NCBI GenBank assembly: GCA_043823065.1
Contig: JBDRBB010000004.1
Coordinates: forward strand, 1-42,231
DNA from: Pseudomonadota bacterium
Lineage (GTDB): Bacteria > UBA10199 > 2-02-FULL-44-16 > DYJF01
Length of the DNA stretch: 42,231 nucleotides
Reading direction: 5' to 3'
The notes under the pieces are model-generated. The model was not told the DNA's origin. It made no database searches and saw only the letters and a program-made list of their open reading frames with translations. This document shows positions 27,332 to 35,844 of the stretch, piece after piece; the first letter of the stretch is position 1, and the number at the start of each line of letters is the position of its first letter. Made by a program: the position numbers and the translations under genes.

Positions 27332-29401
27332 TTAGATTAGGGAGATTTGAATCCATTCAAACGCGTTGCTCAGCAAGTCTGGATTCAAAAAATTCAACTC
27401 CCCCTTTTCATTTGTTTTTGTCTTAAATTTTTTATTTTTCACCAGCAAATTATATTCCTGATTAGGTTTAAGCGCACCTAAAGAAAATTGCACTATGCCC
27501 ATAGTTCTTAATTCAAAACCGGCCTTGCTGGCAGAACCTTGCCAATTTCTAATGAGGCCATTGGCTTTAATTAAATAGATTTGATTTGGTTTTGTTGAAG
27601 TAAGAACAATTTGCGATTGCTCACCATTATCTAAATGCACATACAAAGCATTTTCATGCACATTAAAACCAGCTACTCCCTTTGATTTAGCCAGATCTAC
27701 ATAACCTTTGTAATCATCCAAACGGAAAGTGCGCAACGCCTTATTATCATAGATAATCCATTGGTTAGCAGAAATTTTATTTATCCTGGTTGAGAGAAAA
27801 CCCTCCTGAATATCGTAATATTCGGAAGTAAATAAAGGACTGAATTCTTGTTTTAAAACCCAGTCATAAATTAGATATAAAGAATCAATTGCCACCTGGT
27901 GCTCGCCAATGTAAAAATGATAGTAAACATTGATTGGCGCAACTCTTCTAGGTTTGTTGGTTCTTTCAAATGTATTGATTACATATTTTAATCCGTAAAA
28001 TGGTCCTTCCCATTCATTGGTATATAAGATTTCATTAGAGCCTGCAGTTAAATGCTGGCGCAAATTTCCCACTGGCCTGAACAAAGGTGAAACATTTGTA
28101 TAGCTGGGATAATTATCATCAAAACGTGTATCGCCTCCATTCAATTCTTTAATATTATGATCATATGTATATTTCAGAGCTTCATAATCTGGTTCACAGT
28201 CGCCAGTCCATAAAAATAAATCCACTTTTTTATTTTTGGGCACTAAATACTTATTCATATAGGCAACTGCATCTCCGATTTCTGCTTGAGGTGTATAAAC
28301 ATATCCTTCTGTTCGTAAGGCCATATCACTTTTATCGCCTTTAATCCATTCATAGGGATGGGCCCAGCCATGGCTGGCAGGTTCTATATTAGGCAACATA
28401 AACAGCTTCTTTAAAAAACGCATTAATTCATGGCGTTCTTGATTTGCAGCTAAAAGAATATCTCCAATCACAACTGAAGCTGTGATGGGTAGTTCATATT
28501 TAGTAAAAACTTCTTTATATAACATTTCACCTGATGGTGTCTTTTTATCAATTAAAGTCACGTTTCTGATGCCATCGCCGTCGATTTGATTATAAAAAAT
28601 TCTCATGCCGCTAACTGTTGTATAATCTGGACGTGGAAAATTTGTTTTCAAGGCAGCTTCAAAAAACTTGAAAGGATTAATGTACCAACTTGCCTGATAA
28701 TTTATGGGGTTTAGATAGGTGGCATAATCAGTTAAAACATAAGCGCCTTTGTTGTGGATAAATACTGCATCTGCAGAAGTGCCTGTGTCTTTTCTTTTTA
28801 ATTTTAGATAAATATTGGATTGTTTATCTTTTACCTTGATATCTTCAAAATGAGTCAAATCGGTGCTAAGCTGTCTTTCAAAATCCATCATGTTTGGATC
28901 TTTATAAGCAACTTCAATTAACAAAGGGCTTTGGGTGGTCTGATCTGGGCTAAAAGAAATGCCAAATGCATTATAAAAATCATCGAGCAGCTCTTGTTTG
29001 AGATGAACCATGTTTTCATCATAATCAAAACCAAAATCGCCAAGAATAATAGCTTTTTTGCCTCCTCTTAATTGCTTGGTTAGCCACTTGGCATATTCAG
29101 AAGCGCCACGCAGCTTGTTGTCTGTAAACCAACTGAGAATCACTGGAAATTGCTGCATTTCCTGATCTGTGGGTAGTCTCTTGGAAACATCCACATAGGT
29201 AATTTTATAGCCAAGATGATTTAAGGGCATGGCTGCCCAGGTATAGATATGGTTGTCAAAATCTTCCTGAATTTCATCTCTATCTATAACAGCCAAAATA
29301 TTGCGATTAATTTCTACTCCTGGCTGGGCAGCATAACTTGGAGTAAAATAAATGGTTAAGATAAAAATGATTAATAAATGCCAATAGTTAAATGGTTTCA
29401 T
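27332..29401 (-). CDS. pelA: PelA-like carbohydrate deacetylase lacking the N-terminal hydrolase domain
   Basis: Signal peptide; NQIDGDG, EPASHGWAHP, WTGDC, NE.LYTN.W.GPFYG and INVYYHFY motifs, matching the PelA esterase half. Confidence 0.82.
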   Translation of the reverse strand: MKPFNYWHLLIIFILTIYFTPSYAAQPGVEINRNILAVIDRDEIQEDFDNHIYTWAAMPLNHLGYKITYVDVSKRLPTDQEMQQFPVILSWFTDNKLRGASEYAKWLTKQLRGGKKAIILGDFGFDYDENMVHLKQELLDDFYNAFGISFSPDQTTQSPLLIEVAYKDPNMMDFERQLSTDLTHFEDIKVKDKQSNIYLKLKRKDTGTSADAVFIHNKGAYVLTDYATYLNPINYQASWYINPFKFFEAALKTNFPRPDYTTVSGMRIFYNQIDGDGIRNVTLIDKKTPSGEMLYKEVFTKYELPITASVVIGDILLAANQERHELMRFLKKLFMLPNIEPASHGWAHPYEWIKGDKSDMALRTEGYVYTPQAEIGDAVAYMNKYLVPKNKKVDLFLWTGDCEPDYEALKYTYDHNIKELNGGDTRFDDNYPSYTNVSPLFRPVGNLRQHLTAGSNEILYTNEWEGPFYGLKYVINTFERTNKPRRVAPINVYYHFYIGEHQVAIDSLYLIYDWVLKQEFSPLFTSEYYDIQEGFLSTRINKISANQWIIYDNKALRTFRLDDYKGYVDLAKSKGVAGFNVHENALYVHLDNGEQSQIVLTSTKPNQIYLIKANGLIRNWQGSASKAGFELRTMGIVQFSLGALKPNQEYNLLVKNKKFKTKTNEKGELNFLNPDLLSNAFEWIQISLI

Positions 29402-29410
29402 AATTTGCGT

Positions 29411-29439
29411 AATTTACCATTTTAGGCATATCTATGCAA
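29411..29439 (-). promoter_or_regulatory. Putative sigma70 promoter of the pelA(deacetylase)-pelG operon
   Basis: TTGCAT-N17 (ending TGG)-TAAATT, 9 nt before the ATG; no SD. Confidence 0.5.
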
Positions 29440-29451
29440 TTAGTTTTCCTC

Positions 29452-29654
29452 AATGTTTGGTAGTCCTTAAGGATTAATAGTCCTCAAGCCCAGACATCTG
29501 ATGCTCAAATTTGCCGTAGATTTCGTCCAGCTTTTGTTTGCCCATCCAGAAGGTGGCATTATCTCCGTATCCAATTCCCTACCGGGGATAAGTGCGCAAA
29601 TATGGCATTCAGCTGTCTGTTTTTCGGACAATTCCTTAAGCACTACCAAACATT
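29452..29654. mobile_element. 203-bp segment bounded by 22-bp terminal inverted repeats (MITE-like)
   Basis: AATGTTTGGTAGTCCTTAAGGA (29452-29473) against TCCTTAAGCACTACCAAACATT (29633-29654): 21 of 22 complementary. Confidence 0.55.
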
Positions 29655-29747
29655 TTATATAATTTTAATGAGTTCTAATTAAGTTGCGTAGGCGAGTTTT
29701 GCTGAGCAGCCGTGCGAGCGAGCCATCACAGCAGCCTAAATGTTAAA

Positions 29748-31802
29748 CTATTCAATAATAACCAGGGCGTTGAGGTCAACGAAGAGTTCAAAGGTGATTT
29801 GATTGCCAGTTTGAGTAAAAGATATATTTTGGGGAGTTGTGATTCTGGAGTTGGTTTGTTTTACGCTGGAGACATTAGTTAGTTCAGAGGCATCCAAGGT
29901 AACAGAAAAAGTCTGTTCTTCAACTTCAAATACCCCATCAACTCCAGTAAAGTTAACTACATGTAAGACAAGCTGGGTGCCTGTTTTATACAAAGCAAAA
30001 TGAACATTGTTAGGCGCATTAGTGGTGATTCTAGTTGTGCTATAGTCGAGCATGGCCGTGCGTAAATCAACCAAAGCTGTAGCGCTGTTTTGATCAAAAT
30101 AACTTTTGCCCAAAGCATAATTACAATAAGTAGCCTGGCCTTGCCCATAGACTGTTTCTTGGCAACTATTTTCTGGAGTGGTTAGATCAATTAGATCGCT
30201 AAAAGCGCTTTGCGCTCTAGCTTGGGCAACTTCATCTAAAGTGCCTGGCCCGGGGCCTGTGAAAAAAGCCTGCCCTCCTCCGGAAACATATTCTTTAATA
30301 ACTTGAGCTTCTGCATCTGAAACTGCGCGCAAATCCGGCAGAATAATCATTTCATAATTATTTAAGATCGCAACAGTAGCTAAGTTAGATGGCGAAACTT
30401 CAAAAGGCTGATGCAAATGCACCAAAGCTTTTACCATGCCTTTATATTCACCCATCCAGGTTGAATAATAAATACTGTCTTGAGCAGTGTCTGTCCACCA
30501 GGCCATGTTTGGATCTGGGCGGTTCCATCTAGCATATAGAGATACGCCACAGGTTCCCCCAAGCACGCATTGTCCATCAACATAATCCCGGGAAGATGAA
30601 GAATGAAGAACTGCAATTCTGGAGGCAGATTCAGACCGGTAGATTTCATCTTCATAATCCAGGATCCAGCCAAAAACGCGCTTGCGATAATCAGCGCCAA
30701 CTGAAGTGGTCATTTCTGGAACTTTTAATTCATAAGGATTGCATTGAGCAGCTAAGACCTCAGCTAAAACTAGTTCTGCATCACTAGGTTCGTAACCATA
30801 AACAAAAGCCCAAGCAGCACGACCACGATCTGCATTGCGGCCATATTGATACATGGCAATCATGCTCACCCAATCATCAGCTGTGGCATTGACCATGGAA
30901 TTGGTATCTGAAATAACATCCACTTCCCAAACATGCCAAAAATCAGCCAAAGGACCGGTGAAACTGCCGTCTAAACCTTCCAAAAGTGCAGCATTGTAAT
31001 CCATGGTCACGGTTTCAACAGTAATCAAAAAATCAGGATTAACTTCTTTGGCTGCTGCATAAACATCCATTAAAAATTCATTGATGATAGTGTGGCGCCA
31101 TCTGATCCAGGCCCACCAAGCAGGATTAGTTTCATCAGCAACTGTGGGCATATCATAGCCTGTGTCTTCTTTGAATTGAGCCCTTTCTTCTGGAGTATGG
31201 CTGGTCCATTTGCCAACAATGTCGTTATATAATGGAACGTCAACCCACAAACCATCTATGCCTGTGGCTGCAATTTGGCGCACCCGATTAAGATAATATT
31301 CACGATACTCAGTTAGCGGGCTAAGCCAAGCGCTTTCCTCTCCTGGTTCTACCCAAAACACCAAGCTGCCATAAAAAACATTTACTGTACCATCAATACT
31401 TAACTGCACCCAGCTTGGATGATCTTTATACATGGAAGAAGGCAAATATTCGCCATCAATAGTGATAGATTCCAGACTGGGATAGTACCACACCAGCTTA
31501 ATATTTTTTGTGGCAGCAAGTTGAACACAGCGCCTCATTAAATCTAGTTCGCGATTAAATTCCTCGTCAGAAAGATATTCAGAAAGTCTGCCGTCAACTT
31601 CAATAACGTTTACGTTTTGCTTCACAAAATCGTTAAAAAACGCCAAAATTTCATAATCTTCTAGATCTGGGTTTAAGGAAAGACCACCCACTCTGGCCAC
31701 TCTTACCCAATCTGCAGGAGGTTCAGGCGCAATTGTGCCTGAACCATAGCAGCTGGCTAAAATTGCTAATATAGCGATTAATATTAATGTTGTTTGTCGC
31801 AT
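29748..31802 (-). CDS. Lipoprotein, putative glycoside hydrolase (TIM barrel + GH42-type trimerisation/GATase-like domain)
   Basis: Lipobox LAS-C18, GIDGLWVDVP barrel motif, W..W.RWR helix, YEMIILPD.RAVSD.EA..IKEYV.GGG, C-terminal beta domain. Confidence 0.65.
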   Translation of the reverse strand: MRQTTLILIAILAILASCYGSGTIAPEPPADWVRVARVGGLSLNPDLEDYEILAFFNDFVKQNVNVIEVDGRLSEYLSDEEFNRELDLMRRCVQLAATKNIKLVWYYPSLESITIDGEYLPSSMYKDHPSWVQLSIDGTVNVFYGSLVFWVEPGEESAWLSPLTEYREYYLNRVRQIAATGIDGLWVDVPLYNDIVGKWTSHTPEERAQFKEDTGYDMPTVADETNPAWWAWIRWRHTIINEFLMDVYAAAKEVNPDFLITVETVTMDYNAALLEGLDGSFTGPLADFWHVWEVDVISDTNSMVNATADDWVSMIAMYQYGRNADRGRAAWAFVYGYEPSDAELVLAEVLAAQCNPYELKVPEMTTSVGADYRKRVFGWILDYEDEIYRSESASRIAVLHSSSSRDYVDGQCVLGGTCGVSLYARWNRPDPNMAWWTDTAQDSIYYSTWMGEYKGMVKALVHLHQPFEVSPSNLATVAILNNYEMIILPDLRAVSDAEAQVIKEYVSGGGQAFFTGPGPGTLDEVAQARAQSAFSDLIDLTTPENSCQETVYGQGQATYCNYALGKSYFDQNSATALVDLRTAMLDYSTTRITTNAPNNVHFALYKTGTQLVLHVVNFTGVDGVFEVEEQTFSVTLDASELTNVSSVKQTNSRITTPQNISFTQTGNQITFELFVDLNALVIIE

Positions 31803-31860
31803 AAGCGCTTTTGTTATAATATTATACCATTTTTCTTATTGTAAGGTAAACCTTTGAAGT

Positions 31861-32697
31861 TTAAGGATGAAAAAAAATGGTTGTTAGATGGATATCAGAA
31901 AAATAGGGAATAAAACCCTGTTCTTCTGCCCTTTTAGATAGTTCTTTGATTAAGGTTTTTTGGGAGGGCTCTAAATAACCTAGGGTAAAAACCGGCTTAT
32001 GAAATTTTTCCTGAAATGCTTTTAATGGAATTAATCTTTCTGCAGTCCATTCCATACTTGGCAGAGTATATTTTTTCTTTTCAAAATCATAACTTGTAAA
32101 GACATCTTCAACCACTACTCCATCTATATATTTCCCAACATCAGACAAAAAGAATAAGCCATTATTTAATAAAATCGTAATTTTAGGAAATTTTTTACGA
32201 ATTTTCTTTAGCAAACTTTTTGCGCCTTTGATCGAACCTTTAACATTTTTAACATTTTCAATATAATCTGCTGTATCAATTGTATCTATAAAAATGCCAT
32301 TAAAACCTTTAGCCAAAATACTAGGAATAAGCTCCTTAATCACAAAACTATGCCATTTTCTGCTGCCAACCTTTACCCTAAATGAACCAGGCCAGTTTTC
32401 ATTTTCATCAATCAATAAATTTTTACTATTAATTTGATTAAAAAAGTAATCGTGCTTGGCTACTTCTCCCAAGCTTACATAGCCCACAACAATACTCCCC
32501 TGTTCTTGCAAAGGAGCAATTGGCGGATAATTATAAGAATCAAACACATAAAGATCATACTTGGGGATATTTTCCTCTGGAAACTTTTCCTCATAAAAAC
32601 ACAGCCAAGATTTAACTTGGCTGAGATCTGTTTGGGCAAAACTATTCATGGGAAAAACAATTAAAAGAATTAAAAATATAAGTGATTTAATCTTCAC
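31861..32697 (-). CDS. Stand-alone PelA-type endo-alpha-1,4-polygalactosaminidase (GH114/GH166-like)
   Basis: Signal peptide; GYVSLGE, ENENWPGS, KGFNGIFIDTID, LNNG and DGVVVEDVF. Confidence 0.85.
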   Translation of the reverse strand: MKIKSLIFLILLIVFPMNSFAQTDLSQVKSWLCFYEEKFPEENIPKYDLYVFDSYNYPPIAPLQEQGSIVVGYVSLGEVAKHDYFFNQINSKNLLIDENENWPGSFRVKVGSRKWHSFVIKELIPSILAKGFNGIFIDTIDTADYIENVKNVKGSIKGAKSLLKKIRKKFPKITILLNNGLFFLSDVGKYIDGVVVEDVFTSYDFEKKKYTLPSMEWTAERLIPLKAFQEKFHKPVFTLGYLEPSQKTLIKELSKRAEEQGFIPYFSDIHLTTIFFHP

Positions 32698-33062
32698 TCC
32701 AAGAAATCCTCTATTTTTTTCAGAAGATCAGCAGTGTCAAAAGGTTTAACTACATAATCACTAGCGCCAGCTTTCAGAGCGCGATCAATATCTTCTTGCC
32801 TGCCTAAAGCTGAAACCGCAATGATTGGAGTTTCCTTTAGATCGCTATTTCCACGGATTATTTTAATCATTTCAAAACCATCCACTTCTGGCATAAGTAA
32901 ATCAACTAATATTAAATCTGGTTTTTCAGAAATAGCTTTAAAGGAACCTTCTTTACCATTTTCAGCCAACACTACATCATAGTTATTAGCTTCCAATCTT
33001 TCCTTCATGATTTCCAGCAGAAGAATTTCATCTTCAGCAATTAGAATTTTTTTGTTGGCCAT
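32694..33062 (-). CDS. Single-domain response regulator (receiver)
   Basis: AEDE, PDLILVDLLMPEVDG, SA, GASDYVVKPF. Stop overlaps the hydrolase start (GTGA). Confidence 0.93.
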   Translation of the reverse strand: MANKKILIAEDEILLLEIMKERLEANNYDVVLAENGKEGSFKAISEKPDLILVDLLMPEVDGFEMIKIIRGNSDLKETPIIAVSALGRQEDIDRALKAGASDYVVKPFDTADLLKKIEDFLE

Positions 33063-33145
33063 TCTTGCCCCCTGGTTTATAATTGTTAGGAATTAACAGA
33101 TTAAATTTGCTTTTTCAAGTTATTTAGAACACTCATAGAAAAATT

Positions 33146-33463
33146 ATGCAACTACCACAAAGATTAATAGATTTATATTTTAAGGTTTCCAGAGAACGCT
33201 TGCAAGAAATGGAAAAATTTTTATCTGAATATCAAAAGAATCCAGAGGATAAGCAGCTGAAAGATAAGCTCTATCGCCTTTTTCATAATATCCACAGTTC
33301 TGGCGCAGTTTATGGTTTTCACGATATTGGCGATGCAGCAGGCATAGCTGAGTTGCTTTTTCAAAGACATGTAAGCGATAATACCAAACTCTCACCTGAA
33401 GAAATCAACCTGGTTCTAAAGAAATTTAATTTTATCAGATCCCGCCTAGAAGAGTATATTTAA
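33146..33463 (+). CDS. Stand-alone Hpt (histidine phosphotransfer) protein
   Basis: All-helical, with LYRLFHNIHSSGAVYGF resembling the Hpt H-box (R.FH.LKGS...GF). Divergent from the receiver gene. Confidence 0.8.
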   Translation: MQLPQRLIDLYFKVSRERLQEMEKFLSEYQKNPEDKQLKDKLYRLFHNIHSSGAVYGFHDIGDAAGIAELLFQRHVSDNTKLSPEEINLVLKKFNFIRSRLEEYI

Positions 33464-34357
33464 TCAAGCGCGGGGATGAAATTTCTTATACAACTCCTGC
33501 AAATGTTTGGTGGTAATGTGCGTGTAGATTTGCGTGGTGGAAATATCTGTGTGGCCCAGCATGGTTTGCACGCTTCGAAGATCTGCCCCGCGTTCCAAAA
33601 GATGCGTGGCAAAAGAATGACGCAGCATGTGTGGGCTCACATTAACCTGCACGCCAGCTTGGCGCGCCACTTGTTTGATAATTTCCCACAAGCGTTTTCG
33701 AGAAATATTGCCGCCCTTTATGGAAATAAAAAGATGATCATCTATCTTGCCGCGCAACAATTTGGGCCTGGCTTCATTAATATATTCAGTTACTGCTTCC
33801 ATGGCCTGCCTGCCCACTGGCACCACCCTTTCTTTATTGCCTTTGCCAATGATTAGCACATAACCTTGCTGCAGATTAAAGCGCTCCATGGTTAAATAGC
33901 TGATCTCTGAGATGCGCAAACCAGAAGCATACAGGAGTTGAATAATGGCATAATCGCGCAAACCTAAGTTCGTTTTTTGATTGGGTTTGGCGAGCATGGC
34001 ATCTATTTGAGTTAGAGTTAAAGCTTTGGGCAGTTTTTTCCACCTGGCTGGAGAATCAATTTTAGCTGTTGGATTATCTTTTAGAATTTTTTCGTGAATT
34101 AAATAAGCAAAAAAACCGCGAATAGCAGATAAATAGCGCGCCACACTGCGGCTACCAATTTTTTCCTGATGCAGCCTAACCAAAAAACCCAAAAGATCAT
34201 GTTCTGCAACTGTCTTGGCGTCGTTAATGCCCTTGCCAGCCACAAAACTAGCAAAACTGCGCAAATCATGGGCATAGGATTCTAAAGTGTTAGCAGATAA
34301 ATGCCTTTCAACCTTTAGGTGCGTCAAATAACTATCAATGTATTGATCTAGGTTCAT
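33464..34357 (-). CDS. xerD: Tyrosine recombinase XerD
   Basis: LSANTLESYAHDL, LYASGLRISE, GKGNKERVVP, SPHMLRHSFATHLLERGADLRSVQTMLGH.DISTTQIYTH, FHPRA end. Start placed at 34357 because the extra 44 aa in the ORF track are repeat-derived. Confidence 0.93.
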   Translation of the reverse strand: MNLDQYIDSYLTHLKVERHLSANTLESYAHDLRSFASFVAGKGINDAKTVAEHDLLGFLVRLHQEKIGSRSVARYLSAIRGFFAYLIHEKILKDNPTAKIDSPARWKKLPKALTLTQIDAMLAKPNQKTNLGLRDYAIIQLLYASGLRISEISYLTMERFNLQQGYVLIIGKGNKERVVPVGRQAMEAVTEYINEARPKLLRGKIDDHLFISIKGGNISRKRLWEIIKQVARQAGVQVNVSPHMLRHSFATHLLERGADLRSVQTMLGHTDISTTQIYTHITTKHLQELYKKFHPRA

Positions 34358-34369
34358 ATGTATCCTGTC

Positions 34370-34487
34370 GTCATTGCGAGGAGCGCAAGCGACGTGGCAA
34401 TCCCAAGGGTGCCACGAATGCTTTGTCATTCCCGCGAAAGCGGGAATCCCCCTATGCCCATGGGATTCCTGCTTTCGCAGGAATGAC
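34370..34487. repeat. Composite palindromic repeat: half family B (34370-34403) plus full family A (34425-34487)
   Basis: GTCATTGCGAGGAGCGCAAGCGACGTGGCAATCC followed by GTCATTCCCGCGAAAGCGGGAATCC...GGATTCCTGCTTTCGCAGGAATGAC. Confidence 0.88.
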
Positions 34488-34534
34488 AACTGGTTTATTG
34501 CATTTTGTATTTATTTTAGGTTAATTGTCGAAAC

Positions 34535-35326
34535 ATGTCCACCTTCAAAGATTTCTTTATTGGCATCAACTATATCTTCAAAGGCTTTCGTTACCTGATA
34601 GCTCATCCCAGGCTTTGGCCTTGGGCCCTGCTGCCAACTCTCATTAACCTGGCGCTTTTGGCCTTAATGCTGGGCGTGTTTATTCATTATTACGGCGATA
34701 TTTACGGATGGTTGTCTGCTCATATTCTGAAGATCAATATTACAGATGCTACTGCTTGGTATTGGCATATTCTAAATGGCTTATTGTGGGTGGTTAACCT
34801 TTTATTTCAACTCCTGATTATAGTCCTAAGTTTAGTTGTGCTCTTAATAGTTTCTTATGCAGCTGGTTTGATTATTGCAGCACCTTTTAATGATGCACTT
34901 TCTGAACGGGTTGAAATTATGATTACTGGGCAAGAACCAGAGCCGTTTAGATGGAAAAAATTTATAGCAGATCTTTTTCGGATTATTAAGATTGAATCTA
35001 TTAAAGCCTTAATCTTGATTGCCATTCCTGTGGTACTTTTTGTGCTAAATATTATTCCAGTAATTGGTGGTTTCTTATATGTGTTTCTAACTTTTCTATT
35101 TGGGGCTTGGGATTTGGGATTTACCTATGCAGACCTACCTATGGGCCGCAAAATTGTTCCCCTAAAAATGCGCATCGCCTTTGCCCGCAAATATAAATGG
35201 GGCTTAATCGGCCTAGGCGCTGGCTTTATCATTCCCTTCTTTAATTTGATTTGCGTGTCACCTATGGTTGTGGGTGGGACACTCTTCTATGTAGACAAAG
35301 AATCGTCATTGCGACCCCGCACTTGA
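34535..35326 (+). CDS. EI24/CysZ-like membrane protein
   Basis: G..Y...GFR.L...P.LWPW.L.P..IN, IIAAPFND.LSERVE, LNIIPVIG, IPF.NL...P..VVGGT. Confidence 0.82.
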   Translation: MSTFKDFFIGINYIFKGFRYLIAHPRLWPWALLPTLINLALLALMLGVFIHYYGDIYGWLSAHILKINITDATAWYWHILNGLLWVVNLLFQLLIIVLSLVVLLIVSYAAGLIIAAPFNDALSERVEIMITGQEPEPFRWKKFIADLFRIIKIESIKALILIAIPVVLFVLNIIPVIGGFLYVFLTFLFGAWDLGFTYADLPMGRKIVPLKMRIAFARKYKWGLIGLGAGFIIPFFNLICVSPMVVGGTLFYVDKESSLRPRT

Positions 35327-35342
35327 TGCGGGGGAAGCAATC
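35305..35342. repeat. Half family B variant overlapping the EI24 gene 3' end
   Basis: GTCATTGCGACCCCGCACTTGATGCGGGGGAAGCAATC; contains the TGA stop of the gene. Confidence 0.75.
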
Positions 35343-35440
35343 GTGAACCAAGCAAAAATTTTTGAACCATGGACCTTGGTGAGCGATATTTTTGATTTGC
35401 CAAAAACAATAATGATTTGCTAACTTATCGTTAGAGGTGA

Positions 35441-35842
35441 ATGTTTATGAAGATCGATTTTAGCTCGTTTAAAAAAGCCATTAAAAGTTTGGGCAAGGCT
35501 GTTGCTCGAACGCAAAACGCTCCCTCAGACGAGGAACTGCGCGATGCTGTTATTCAACGTTTCGAGTACACTTACGAACTTGCCTGGAAAATGATGAAAC
35601 GCCAAATAGAACAGGAGTCCCCCAATCCTGCCGAGATCGACAGGCTATCCTTCAAAGATCTTTTGCGAACAGCCGCGGAAAAAGGGATTATTTCGGACGT
35701 TGAGCAGTGGCTAATCTATAGGGACCAGCGAAACATTACATCTCATACTTATGACGAGAAAGAAGCCAAAAGCGTTTATGAAACAGCCCTTAAATTTTTC
35801 AAGGATGCAGAGATACTACTTTCAAACCTGGAGAAACGCTGA
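35441..35842 (+). CDS. HEPN-domain protein (HI0074-like nucleotidyltransferase substrate-binding family), putative RNase toxin
   Basis: RDAVIQRFEYTYELAWKMMK and the Rx4HxY motif RNITSHTY. Confidence 0.9.
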   Translation: MFMKIDFSSFKKAIKSLGKAVARTQNAPSDEELRDAVIQRFEYTYELAWKMMKRQIEQESPNPAEIDRLSFKDLLRTAAEKGIISDVEQWLIYRDQRNITSHTYDEKEAKSVYETALKFFKDAEILLSNLEKR

Positions 35843-35844
35843 TC

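Noticed and set aside
29467..29649. 60-aa minus-strand ORF
   Set aside because: TTG start and stop both lie inside the inverted repeats, there is no SD and no recognisable motif.
29655..29747. c-di-GMP riboswitch upstream of the pel operon
   Set aside because: A GC-rich patch with weak pairing potential, but no recognisable GEMM-I or GEMM-II core motifs.
33464..34357. Tyrosine recombinase as an island or prophage integrase
   Set aside because: Size and motifs (GADLRSVQ.MLGH, HPRA end) fit housekeeping XerD; no att repeats or phage genes were seen.
34358..34489. 44-aa N-terminal extension of XerD in the ORF track
   Set aside because: It is a translation of palindromic repeats; the XerD-like sequence begins at the ATG at 34357.
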